Of a DNA stretch of 64,000 nt, positions 37,665 to 52,958 are shown piece after piece. Position 1 is the stretch's first letter, and the number at the start of each line of letters is the position of its first letter. The stretch comes from Octopus vulgaris (taxonomy: Eukaryota). A program made the position numbers and the translations under genes. The notes below the pieces were generated by a model that was given only the letters and a program-made list of their open reading frames with translations, was not told the origin of the DNA and did no database searches. The DNA is taken from positions 157,790,001-157,854,000 of the forward strand of contig OX597814.1 in NCBI GenBank assembly GCA_951406725.2. Reading direction: 5' to 3'.

Positions 37665-37668
<4 letters not shown>
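33961..37668 (-). mobile_element. R4/Dong family B, 5'-truncated copy
   Basis: Near-identical to 28748-32456. Truncated just downstream of the ATG. One frameshift in a G-run at ~36570 splits the ORF into 387 and 808 aa. Confidence 0.95.
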
Positions 37669-37712
<44 letters not shown>

Positions 37713-37713
<1 letters not shown>

Positions 37714-38180
37714 GAGTGAGAGCGCAGTGCATGCCATGAAAATGACACTGGGATAAAATATACGAAGCCCAGTATACCCATCATAATTACCCATCTGATA
37801 AGGGCAAACTAGGCACATGCATCACAAACATATGTGCGCGACATGGTGATCTCATATCAAGATAAACAGCACATGACATGGTAGGTGGGGCCCATTTAGA
37901 ATTTTCTTCTGATCGAGAAACCCATCCCGCTCAAAAGGTCCCTGAATAAGGGCTGTTTAAGGATGTTGAACGAAGCACCCATGTTTCCAAAGGTGGATTA
38001 TTCAAACCCCAAAGACTCCCTCTCAACACATGGCTATGATGCTCCTCGCTGCTTCCGCTCGTGATCAGAGATGCACATATCGTTAGCCTCCAAGGGACAT
38101 GCTCAACTGGTTAAGGTCATAAAATTGACTATCACATCTGTGGCATTGAGCAGAATATTTGTTGTAGCCCAACTTGAAAC
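37713..38180 (-). mobile_element. Dispersed non-LTR 3'-end repeat; its (TAA)n tail abuts the Dong stack
   Basis: Same family as 9892, 12245 and 60622. Confidence 0.78.
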
Positions 38181-38203
38181 CATGAGTGCCACTCTCAGGT
38201 ACA

Positions 38204-38328
<125 letters not shown>

Positions 38329-38343
38329 CTATTACTATTACTA

Positions 38344-38428
<85 letters not shown>

Positions 38429-38459
38429 CATCATCATCATCATTATATACACACACAAG

Positions 38460-39545
38460 ATATTAGCCTGTTGTAAAAGAAAAAAATCCTAACATCGAGC
38501 TACAAGTGACCTTAGATGTCAAGAACACTCCTAGTATCCTAGCTGTCCCTAATAACACTGTTTTCTGAAGCTGTACTAAACTGGCTTTTATGCCTGTTTC
38601 CTCTATCCATCTGTTCAGATCTACAGGGATAGTTCCCAATGCACCTATAACTAATGGAATACGTTTTACCTGCACTTTTCGTAGTTTCTGTAATTCTATG
38701 GATAGGAACTTGTACTTTGCTAATTTTTCTATATCTCTTACATTGAATTTTTCCTCAATTGGGACTGTGAAATCAATTATCTGGCACATTATATTCTCTT
38801 TATCTACCACTACTAAATCAAGCCTTCTAGCTTCTATTACTCTGTCAGATTGAATGTTAAATCCCCACAACATCTTGTATTCCTTACTTTCTATTACTTT
38901 ACTAGATTCATATTCATACTATATTTTAGTATGTTCAAATTCTAGCTTTCAACATAACTCCGAGTTGATTACTATACCTAGTTGTCACGTCTTTTCTTGT
39001 ATTCTTTCTATGCCAGCATCCTACTTTCATTTACTATATCAGTAATGCTTTCCTCGTTTGATTTGCATAAACTATACTGGGAATCTACTTGGATTTTTCT
39101 ATCTTGGCTTTTATCCAATTAGTCCTTAGTACATGATTTTGTGCAGCTACTAACAAACTTTATGTCTCCCTTTTCAGCTTTTATTTCTGCAACCATAATC
39201 ACGTCTTACTACTACTATTTGCTGCAACTATCTTTGGGAATCTATAATGCAACGCCTTCTCGTGCCAGTCAGATACTCCCTGTTTATTTTTCTCGTTTTT
39301 AAATTCGCTTGGGCTTTTGGATACCTTATGTGTTGCTGTGGTTGTAGCACTTTTCATAAATTTTCTTCACTATTATCTACATAGGAGTCCATACCTGCTC
39401 TAGCTATCTCCACGTAGTCTTCTACTGATATTAACTCTCTCATGCCTCTCTTTCTAGATAAGTATAATCTTGCTACTCCTGCCCTTAGGTGGGGTCCTCT
39501 ATTCAAATTCTTCTAGTTCTTTTGTTTAGCTGTGGTCATTCTGCA
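38460..39545 (-). mobile_element. Old R4/Dong 3' fragment (RLE domain)
   Basis: LWGFNIQSDRVIEARRLDLVVVDK..IIDFTVP..EKLAKY..IPLVIGALG..LQKTVLLGTARIL. Confidence 0.88.
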
Positions 39546-40387
39546 TCTTTACTGATCCACTGCCGAGTGAGAGGCCTTCAGTTACAAGTTCAGCTTCATT
39601 TTCGCTGATGCTACAAAAAGATTTCGTAAACTCCTGTCTCACATGAACTGAGGTAAAGTAACGTTCGTCACCGTCGTCAATCAGCTATAGTTGGAAATCA
39701 TTTAAAAAACCAAAACTGCACTATGTCACTCGAAGTTCTCAAGATTGTGTTCATAAATGTGTTAAGTAAAACACAAGGTCTGAGTAACTGAAAAGAATTG
39801 AATGCGATGAAGAAGGGAAACTTTTACTACAAAATTAGAGTTGTTTGAGGTAAGAACAACAATCTGAATGTTCTTAAGTTAGAAAGGTGACATCTTTAAA
39901 TTTTAATGATACAGTTACCTGTTTCCATACACGTTCATTAAGAGATGTGAAGTATTAAAATACATGAGTTTAGCACCAGCTCATGAGTATACATTTATAA
40001 CTTTGGAGGATAGAATATCAACTGGACACATTCTTTTGTGGAAATTTGATGAATAAGAGATTGTAACACCTAATAAATTGGTGCATGGGTGTTGGACAAA
40101 TTGCTCTTGAAAAGAAAATTCTGGAAAAGAATTCATTGAGAATATATAAACTAAACTGGGAGGGAAGTGACTATCAGTTTTACTTGACTACCAATTCAAC
40201 TTGCTCATCAATTCAATTTGACTATCAATTCAACTACAGTTATAAATCAATCTCACTTAAGGTGTATTGGGTAAGAGAAGATACCTCTAAGTCATATTAC
40301 AGTTAATGGGGGTCAGAAATAGGGGTTCAGTCATTACTTTTCCAAAAGGCTTAACACATGAAATATATTTTCCTTGTCTTTCTAAAG

Positions 40388-40561
40388 CTGAATGTCCTAC
40401 ATCAACCGGCTACACTTACCACCCAAAATTTAGATTGTGTTTTCGAGTAAGTAAAAGTAAAACATCATGGAATGACGCTGCAGACGATTGCAATAAGGAT
40501 CGAGGACAACTTATCCACGCGGAAAATAAAGAAATAATGGAGTATATACAGAAGGAATTGG
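40388..40561 (+). CDS. PAN/Apple + C-type lectin protein, exon 2 (N-terminal half of the CTLD)
   Basis: Polypyrimidine tract plus AG at 40386-87. ECPTSTGYTYHPKFRLCF..SWNDAADDCNKDRGQL. Donor G|GTGAGT. Phase 1 on both sides, matching exons 1 and 3. Confidence 0.9.
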
Positions 40562-40640
40562 GTGAGTAACATTTTACTATTTTATATACACTCTCCCTCA
40601 CACAGAGCAAGCTCTCATTCTCTCTCTCCTTATGTATCTA

Positions 40641-40673
<33 letters not shown>

Positions 40674-40916
40674 TTCAAACGAAAATGTACTCAAGATATA
40701 TCTAATATCAAACTATAATTGTTTTATGACATTCTTAAATTAAATTTTCGCAAATAAAACACGCAAATATAATTCCGACTTTGGTCTAACCTTTTTTTCA
40801 TTTGTACTCTCTACTCTGATTGTTTCGTTTACGATGACAAAATACATAGGCTTTTGATAAAATACTGAATTTAATCATTTAATTTCACACATATATTGTT
40901 AAGGAATTATAGTATA

Positions 40917-42087
40917 CTAGCAGTATAGCTCGGCTTTGCTCGGGATTAAGTTAGTATTATTAAGCTAATCAAGCTCTTTATTTCAAACCAAACTAACATC
41001 GACGTCAAATTTGAGCGAAATCCGTTGAAATTGGTAAACTTTTGGCTGAAAATGAGTTACAGACAATATGATTGGGAAATCCCATAAGCAATCGGTTTAT
41101 CGGTTTTTGCCACTCATCGATTTTTGTTTTTTGTTTTTGGAGAACTTAAAGCATTCGAAGATCCCACGAATCCTAAGTAATGCTGGCATCAAGTTTGAAC
41201 AAAATGCATGAAAATTGGTAAAAGTTATGGCTGAAAATGTGGTGTAGCCAATTTTATTGGGGAATCCTCTAAGGAATCGGTTTATCGGGTTTTTTTATCC
41301 TGATTAAATGGAAAACCCCATAAGGAATCAGTTTATTGATTTTTTACCCCGAATAGAATTATATTTATACTTTAAATTTGGTTTTCACACCCAACACAGT
41401 TCTGCAGAATCAGTGTCGCGACGAGAGCGCATGGGTTGGGAGTTTGATCGGCAGAGGTGATCGAGTTGCACATGCCAGCCCTTTGAAGCCCCCCCCCCCC
41501 CCCAAATCGAAGCCCCCTTTGACCATGGGTTGGAAACCCTTCCAGGAAGGAAAATAGAACTCTGTCAGAAGTGGTTATGTTCAGATCACAACTAAGCCTT
41601 AAGTGTATATATATATGTAAGTATGGGCAACACACACACAAACATATACACACATACGTACACCTACTACATACATGTTTTTGTATGCATACATGTTCGT
41701 GTGTGTGTTTGTGTGTGACTGAAGCCATTCACTCATACATACATAACAATCCCTCTCTCTCTCTCTGTGTCTTCACACACACACTATCAAAACAACTCAT
41801 ACACACTACACTTTCTGTGCTGCACACAGCATATGTGTGCGTGCGTGTGTGTTTGATGGGGTGTGAAATACAGAAAGTGTAGTGCGTATGAGTTGTTTTG
41901 TTAGTGTGTGTGAAGAAAGAGAGAGAGACGATAACAGATTTTTTATTTCGTTTTTAGTGATTGATTGACAGACAAAAAGAGAGGGAGTGAGAGAGGAGAT
42001 GTTATGTATATATTTATGTGTAAATGGCTTCAGTTACACACACACACGAACATGTATGCGTACAAAAGACAGGTACGCAATAGGTGT

Positions 42088-42158
<71 letters not shown>

Positions 42159-42468
42159 GCCCGTATATCAACAAAACACTTTTTTGTTCGATGGATAATA
42201 AACAAATCTTAGCAAAAACTTACTCGTCGCTCATATTTGCAAACAATGTTGAATTTCTCCGAGTTTAAAATTGTGAAATTTGGTTGAAAATTTATTTTTA
42301 CCGTTATTCGCTGGTGCCTCTGGGGAAAATAAGTTGACGAAATTACAGCTAGGATCAAGACGAATGTCCTCCTAAAATTAGAGCGACATTCGTGCTAATT
42401 TGTGGAGTGCATAAATTACATTCACGTACGCACACGCACACACACACATCCTGCCTTATATATACAGA
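40917..42468 (-). mobile_element. Non-autonomous Helitron-like element
   Basis: Minus-strand 3' end CCCGAGCAAAGCCGAGCTATACTGCTAG and 5' end (A)TCTGTATATATAAGG. Contains internal microsatellites. Confidence 0.7.
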
Positions 42469-43004
42469 TTATATTATCATTTATTTTCAATGCATTACAA
42501 AGGAGAATCTGTTGCCCGTTAAAATTATGTTCTGCGTATTATACCGAAAAATTTGAATGGATATTGAAACAAAGGAAATATTTTGTGATATATCTTATTC
42601 GTTTACATTGTTTGAGATTTTAACAAATTTAATTTCAGTTTAATCAAGTATTCAGGAATATCATTTAGACTAGGCCCTTTTCAATATTAAAAGGCGGCAA
42701 CTGTATTACTTCGAATTTGGTATTTGTCCTACCTTCTAAGAGACACGTTAGTGACAATGTGAATATATTATCAACAAATAAATTTTGATTTTGGCTTTAA
42801 TCAATACGCTGATTCTTATTGTAGAACTCTGGAGTCGATTAAATTGCTCAACGATCTCATGAGTCATTTTGTGTAATTCCTTTAAGATGAAAGTCTATGT
42901 CCGTTTGTTTTAAATTTATATGTAAACAGAGGTAATAAATAATTTACCTGCTATAATGGTTAGATCAGCACCCTTCATTTGCCAATAATTTACTCCTTAT
43001 TTTT

Positions 43005-43056
<52 letters not shown>

Positions 43057-43060
43057 TATA

Positions 43061-43721
43061 AGTTACAAGATAAGGGCAGAAGAAAAATTCTAATGCCAGA
43101 TACGCCGAAACAAAAAATTTGTCTATAACCATTAAATTTATGCGTCTCGAAACAAACCGATAGAAATCTCTAAAAAATTCGTTATTACCGTATTGGTCCA
43201 ATTTCGGGGTTAATTCACAAGAAATTTTCCCCTCTTTAGCGGCACATACGCGAGATATAAATGAAATACTTATTCATACCCATGGAAGAAGCAAGCACCA
43301 AGTCCCGAGCAGACTTAAGTACCCTAAATATATCCAAATAGAAAAATCTTCGGCGCACCTCGAGACACGTGTGATTCGAATTAGAAACTTTCACAGAGTG
43401 ATAGAATCCGGATGTGAACACTAATCTATTTATAATTGATATAGGATAAAATTTTTTTCGGGAAAATTTTTTTATCCTGTATCCTATATCAATTGGACCA
43501 ATACGGTAATAACGAATTTTTTTAGAGATTTCTATCGGTTTGTTTCGAGACGCATAAATTTAATGGTTATAGACATTTTTTTTGTTTCGGCGTATCTGGC
43601 ATTAGAATTTTTCTTCTGGCTTTCTCTTGTAAATTATGGATAAATTTTACCTTTAAAGGCATATTTTGATATGCTGGCCATTGATAAAATTTTTTTCCCG
43701 AAAAAAATGTTATCCTATATC

Positions 43722-43727
<6 letters not shown>
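43061..43727. repeat. Two overlapping inverted-repeat pairs between (TA)n tracts
   Basis: ~43063-43203 is the reverse complement of ~43491-43632, and ~43432-43475 is the reverse complement of ~43683-43727. Confidence 0.9.
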
Positions 43728-43797
<70 letters not shown>

Positions 43798-44764
43798 GAA
43801 AAACATAAAGACATAGAAGACGTTGAAATATTTCTTTACTTTTGCTGAATTTTTCTTGCCACTAGGATCGAGGAATGGATTTCAGTATCTAGTTTACTGG
43901 TGCAAATAACAAGAAATCAATTTAAGTTAACTTATGCGATAGGATAAGATTCATCGTAATTATTTCTAAGTTAGACCCAAATCCTGTAATTTGAAGAGGA
44001 TAGCTTGTAGTTGATTACATTGAATACGGAGGAATACAAGGTAAAGTTGACCTCGGAGTGACATAAGTTCAAATTGTAAAAAGCCAGAAAATATACTCCG
44101 AATCATTTCCAAAGCTGTAACATATCTATCAATCGAACAAATTTGTAGTGGAAGTCATATTAAGACGTGAATATGTGTGAAGTTCCATCTCGTAGTGACC
44201 GTGAAATTAACAAATAATATTCCACTATATTATTATTTATAGTCTACTTTATGATGTTCCCTAACTCTTCTAGTAACAGTTAATGTCATAGCTCAGTATT
44301 TTAAGAAACTATTGAAAGAGAAACAAAGAATAACTAGAAATGTAATTATAACAGTAAATGCTCGTTGTTGTTGTTGTTTTATAACATTGCAATTTTACAG
44401 TATTAACATCCATACTTATAATTCACATAAATCATATAATTGGGAAATAGCATGAGCACCTGAATTTCCCATTCTCTGGTCCTTCAGTATGTGATCGTGC
44501 ACTTTAAGTTTGACAATACAATGCGACTCCAGCATCTGTGTTGTTCGACTGGCTAGAAATAGCAGTTAAATCACATTTACATCACACCTGCCGCCACAAG
44601 AAATGTAAGTCACATAGGGCCACGTCTACATAGTGATGTACAAAAAGAAACGTCGTGGAGATACCTGCAATATTAAGTCATCTCATTGTCTAGGACAACT
44701 CCAAGGCTAGACAACTGTTGCTGCTGCAGCACCTCATCCACTTCCACTTCATCCCCTCCAGCAC

Positions 44765-44818
44765 CTCCCCCCTCCTCCTCCTCCTCCTCCTCCTAATACT
44801 ACTACTACTACCACCACC

Positions 44819-44915
<97 letters not shown>

Positions 44916-44930
44916 ATATTACCACCACAT
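44765..44930. repeat. (CCT)n/(CAC)n/(TAC)n compound microsatellite
   Basis: Direct observation. Confidence 0.95.
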
Positions 44931-45689
44931 TAATAAATTTCTAAAGCTATACTTTGCATTCAGCTTGAAAAGCACATACTTATATCATAAGAAGTATGTG
45001 ATTATCTGTCATATTAATTTTAACTATTAATTTTAACTATTAATTCATATTAATTTTAACTATTGACACACATTGCTGACTTCCCTAGAAGACAAAGTTA
45101 CTAATTTTGTAAGAAAGATTTAAGAATAGGTACAACTTAGTTAAAGAGATAACTCTGTTATTGTTAAACGTTATGAATATAAATGATACAGAAAATTTGC
45201 TGTACATAAGCAAATATGTAAATGCAAAATCTTTATTATTTTCTTTTATAAAGTAAATCTATTCCATTTCCTACTTTTCTACATAATTGTCTTGTTTATT
45301 TACAATGCGAAAATCGTACTCGACTAAAATACATTAGACAAATTTACTGTTATTCATGTAAATCTTGCATAAATAATGGCACTGCCTATTTCAGTAATCA
45401 AATAGTTTTCGAGTCTCTAGAAGCAGGATTTTAGATTAAATTTGTCAACTATTTATGTGTCCTCTTTTCAAGAGAAGCGTCATATATTGGTGAACAATCA
45501 ACAGCGTTGGGAAGCATAAAGATAAAAGTTGTAGTTGAGAAAACTTTAGCTAACATATAGGAATGGAAGCCATCTGAATGTTGGTAAGGATTTACCTGTA
45601 TCATGGTCAATAGCAGCGAGTATTCAAACGCCGACATCATGATTTCAGTTGAAAGAGTGATTTGTGAGAAATGTAGAGGCTGTAAGATG

Positions 45690-46140
45690 TGATATGTACA
45701 TCATGGAAACAAAGTTACCCCAAAGTTGCTGGAATGATTCGTCTGGAAGCAGAATTCGTCTCCTTGCTCTATCTCAAGTGGTTGTCGTAAAATATTTACG
45801 ATTTCACCAGCCCCAATTTCTGGGATCCTAAGTTCCCCAATTTTAATTCAACGGGTTACTATGTGTGTGGTGCAGTTGAGAAAGTAATCAAATGCGCTGC
45901 CTGCAACACTAAGGCCGAGTTGTTCGAAGATTTAACTTTGTACACATTGAGTAATGCATGGACCAAGTTTCGGACCTGTCTTGAGGCCGTGTTGGAAACT
46001 GAGGCCGCTACCTTGAGTAAAGCATTATTTGCTAACCACAATCTCGTTAATATCTAAAAACAAAAATATATATTTTATTTTTGGATGGAATATTGTGTTT
46101 TCATGATATTTTATGCAAACTATCTAATTTAACCCGAACA
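45690..46140 (+). pseudogene. Degraded Tc1/mariner (DD37D-like) transposase C-terminus
   Basis: FVWKQNSSPC..KWLS*NIYDFTSPNFWDPKFPNFNSTGYYVCGAVEK...KFRTCLEAVLETE, related to the relic at 4440-4900. Confidence 0.7.
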
Positions 46141-47029
46141 CAGCTCAAAGAATTGGAGGAGCAATATTTCAATTACGTCGACTCTAATAGAATACTTGTT
46201 ATTTCATCGATACTAGAGAGAAGGAAAACCAAAGTTCAATCTGAGTTCAAATAACACCCTGCCGGCAAAATATGAATTCCGGATATAAAAAGTTGTGGCT
46301 TTGTTCTTAATCCGTCTTTTTCTACTTTAATTTTGCAAATTACCATATTTTCTGTACATTAGTTATGATAAGTTAAAGAAAATTTTGTTTTTGTATAACT
46401 GCACTTCAATGACTGAATCCAATATACATGAATGTTGGGTTTCTTAGTTTTATTTTAGAGTGTTACGTTTATGTCTGTACGAGAAGCGTGAAAATGTGTT
46501 TCTGAAAGTCGAAACTACCTTGTGGGCATAATTCTAAACAATCAAGCCGATTAAAAACACTTTTTTTCAATCCAAGTTATATTAAATTTGGTTCAATCCG
46601 ATAGTCCAATATATTCTCATATGTTAGGTACGTATATAGGAACGTATGTTTGTATATACAAATATAGTTTTAAAACACAAATGGGGAACTCATTACATTC
46701 TGATGCGTTTAAAAATGTTAAGTCATTTCTCTCCTACCTGCAAAACACGGGACACACCACCGGATTATATGCTGATTTTGAGCTGCATCAGAATGGGTGA
46801 AAATAACTGCACTGAGTGATCATTTGACTGGTCCTAACTACATAATATAATCCAGAATGCATTGTGTAAGCACAAATAAGGCGGAATATCATGATTGATC
46901 ATGGCTACGTTTGGGCTTAACAACAATAACAAGAATATCAATAAGATTCTATAATGGTAAAATATACATCGAATAATAAAATGTATTTGCATGCTTATTC
47001 TTGATCTGTGATTTACGTTTGTTTTTCAG

Positions 47030-47268
47030 AAAAGTGGCCAAACGAAAACTTTTATTTTGGATTGTGTAAAGACATGAAGAAAGACGTCTTTCTATGGCAG
47101 AATGGAGAAGCACTTACTTATGATTTCTGGATGGAGAATAGACCTGACGGTAGTGGTGGTGATCAGCACTGTGGACTTTTAGACAAGAGAAGTAATCACA
47201 GATGGAATGATGAAGGTTGCAACGAGCAGGACTCTGAGAGATATATATGCGAGATAGTCATGCGATAA
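47030..47268 (+). CDS. PAN/Apple + C-type lectin protein, exon 3 (C-terminal half of the CTLD, stop codon)
   Basis: TTTTTCAG| acceptor. FYFGL..FLWQNG..YDFWMENRPD..QHC..WNDEGC..YICE, then TAA. The three exons total 768 nt, or 255 aa. Confidence 0.9.
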
Positions 47269-47306
47269 ATGTGTAACTGGAAGAACTGTAATTACACGCA
47301 CACACG

Positions 47307-47343
<37 letters not shown>

Positions 47344-48751
47344 ACACACACATGCACACACACACACACATACACACACACACACGCACGCTCACACATG
47401 CACAACCATGCATACATACAGAATCACACTATTTATGTAAGTATATATATATGTGTGTACGTATACATATATACCTATATATATGTATAAGTATGCATAT
47501 ATTCATATACATACATACATCCATACACACACACACGCATGTTAATGGGCAATATATGGATTTATATAATCCGGTGGTAATCACACAAAAAACTGCTGTA
47601 GTGGAACGAACTACAAACCACATAAATAACCAATGCCTATGAGGGTATTGTAGAATACTATGCATTTGGAATTCAGTTAATCCAATCAGTGAAGATCATT
47701 TCAGGAGAAATATATATAGAATACAAGCAGAGATACCCGGCGTTGCCCGTGTTACATGCTACTGAAGAATTAGACTTTTCATATTTTTATATGATTCAAA
47801 TTTCATCAAAATTGGAGATTAAGAATTTTAATTAGAGTTCTTCCCTTCTTTACGCACACTAACAAACATTATAATTATGACTATTTATCCGATACTACTC
47901 ATCTTTATGCCCAAATCCCAAAATCCAAACCTTATAAGAGCTATTCAAAGGTTTTTGGTCCTGAAAAAAAAAAGAGTACATGGAGCTCTAAAATGTGGGA
48001 GTTAAGGCCCCTATTAGGGGGTCATCAAGTCAAGTAGAGAAGTTGAATTATTGGGAAAAAAAATCAAAAAATCAAAAAAACTCGGAAATATATGAATGTT
48101 CACTGGGGTTGTAAAAGAGAGCAAAGATACAGGAAACCAAGACACGAATGATCATAATAATCAGTCAGCTAGAAATTAGAAGGGCGTGACCCAACTGAAA
48201 TAAACATTAACAACTGTGTGACGTATGGGCTAAGGGGGAATTAAAATGTCACCTCTGGGGTTTGCCAATAATCGCTATACCGATAGCTAGCTGAACAGAA
48301 TAAATTTGAAATCTATAAATCTATTTGAATGGCCAGTCACTTATCTGGAAAGGCCTTGAAATCAATGTTATCATTTGGGGACGATCTCAAAGGAGGTCTG
48401 CAACCAAATCACTTTACGCAAAATAACACTTTGCAACTGAACCAGTGTAGGCTAACATGCCTCTCCTTAGTTGACTATTTATGAACCACTTTTCAGAAAT
48501 CACAATCTAAGTATGTCTCAAAGCAAACTCTTACACTGTTGTACCATTGAATAACAAATAACGCTCATCTTGTATGGTCGGGTGACTCTACAGCTTCCAT
48601 GACTACTACTGTATTCGTCTTGGCCTGGGAAAACTGACTAAATTGTGGGGGTTAGTCCCCTAGTAAGGGGTTTTACTAACTGCTATGAAGTTAAAATTTT
48701 AGGAATATTACTTCATTTATGTCTAATATCTATGGTAAAAATTACATGTAT

Positions 48752-48840
<89 letters not shown>

Positions 48841-48942
48841 TATACATACATGTATGTGTGTGTGCATATAAATATTATTTTATCACTATGATAGATAGCT
48901 AGCCAATACACATTATTTTCTCTCCCTGTTTCTTTCTGTGTT

Positions 48943-48982
48943 GCTTTCTGTGGAAGAGCATAGGCTCGAAACGTTAAAGACC
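48943..48982 (+). ncRNA. Degenerate minimal hammerhead-like motif
   Basis: CUUUCUGUGGAA-GAGC(AUAG)GCUC-GAAAC-GUUA-AAGAC. Stem II and GAAAC are present, but the CUGANGA box is altered. Lies between (TA)n tracts. Confidence 0.35.
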
Positions 48983-49071
48983 TTTTCACTTCTCCAGCGT
49001 TAAACTAATACATATGTCTGTTGACTACAACACTTGTTTTCGCCTTTTGTTTTTTGCGAATTCTCTCCCTA

Positions 49072-49126
<55 letters not shown>

Positions 49127-50186
49127 TATTACAAATTTGGGATTTTATCAACAGGATCACAACTTCAATTCCAGGACAACCTTATTTTCTGGAGTACACA
49201 GAAAGTTATATCCCAAATACTAATCTAATAATATAATCATTTTAAAACCTACTATATCGTACAATAAAATAAATGACATCAGAATTAATGAAAAATTATT
49301 TCAAAAAATATATATATATATGTATATATATACCTTACCCGTTATTAGTCTGTGGGGACAGAAGATAATATTAATCAACGCTACACGTGTTTCTGCGCTG
49401 GTGGTTTGTTGGATCCTACTTAACCATACAAATTCAAAGATTTTTTCATTAAAGATGTTTTCATTAAAGACAAGAATATATATATATATATATATATATG
49501 TAACTTCCTAATATAATTTTACAAAACTTAAAAGATTTTAAATATTAAATAAATTAAAAATTCATAAGAATTTAATAAAATTAAACACCTAAAAATATAA
49601 TAACGATATATATATATATAGAAAGGACTAAACATAAAGAAACCTTCATTGACTATTTTATAACCTCGTCAAATTAAACCACCCATCTATATAAACTTTG
49701 ATAATTTTTTGTGAAATTTACCCCTATCAATACTAGTATATATTACCATTATTACAGTAAAAAACAGTAAAAAACAGGGAAAAACCTCTATATATGTTAT
49801 AAATGTATTGAATAAATCTAGTAAATGAAAATATCTACCGCAATTAATAAAGGAAGAATATTTATCTGCATGTTTACTTCTTCTTTAACCTGTGCAAATA
49901 GTTGAACCTTCTGTTCTGTGCTAAGTATTATGAGAATAAAAACACTACTCTAAAAACAAAAAATTCTTTAAGACTAATATCATTTGAAAGGTTAAATTCA
50001 AGGGGAGATAATTATAAGATACTCTTTAGGTATATTTGGATTTTTCTCGTGTTAAAGATTTAGAGATTTATTTTATTTAATATGTGGCCAGTATAATCCT
50101 TTTTAAAGTAATATTCTTTACATTTATTCTTGCTTTTTGGTATATCCGTATCTAATACTATTATATTGTTCTATTAAAACTACTTT

Positions 50187-50266
<80 letters not shown>

Positions 50267-50282
50267 TGTATGTATGTATATA

Positions 50283-52228
<1,946 letters not shown>

Positions 52229-52229
52229 C

Positions 52230-52732
<503 letters not shown>

Positions 52733-52895
52733 CATGCTTTAAATAAAAGCAGCAGAAATATAACAAAAGCTGTTACTTAGAGTTTCACATTCCCGTTCGT
52801 AAAATGGAACAGAAATAACGATAAAGCATATTACTCTATCTCTGGTATTTGAGTACTCTTTTTTCCACCTTGTTTCGTATTTATGTGCGTACTCC

Positions 52896-52954
<59 letters not shown>

Positions 52955-52958
<4 letters not shown>

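Noticed and set aside
48300-48560. Possible first exon for the second lectin cassette
   Set aside because: The short ORF lacks a signal peptide and the PAN cysteine spacing.
48620-48670. Weak resemblance to the U1 snRNA 3' region
   Set aside because: No U1 5' end (ATACTTACCTG), no proper Sm site, and the match is too short.
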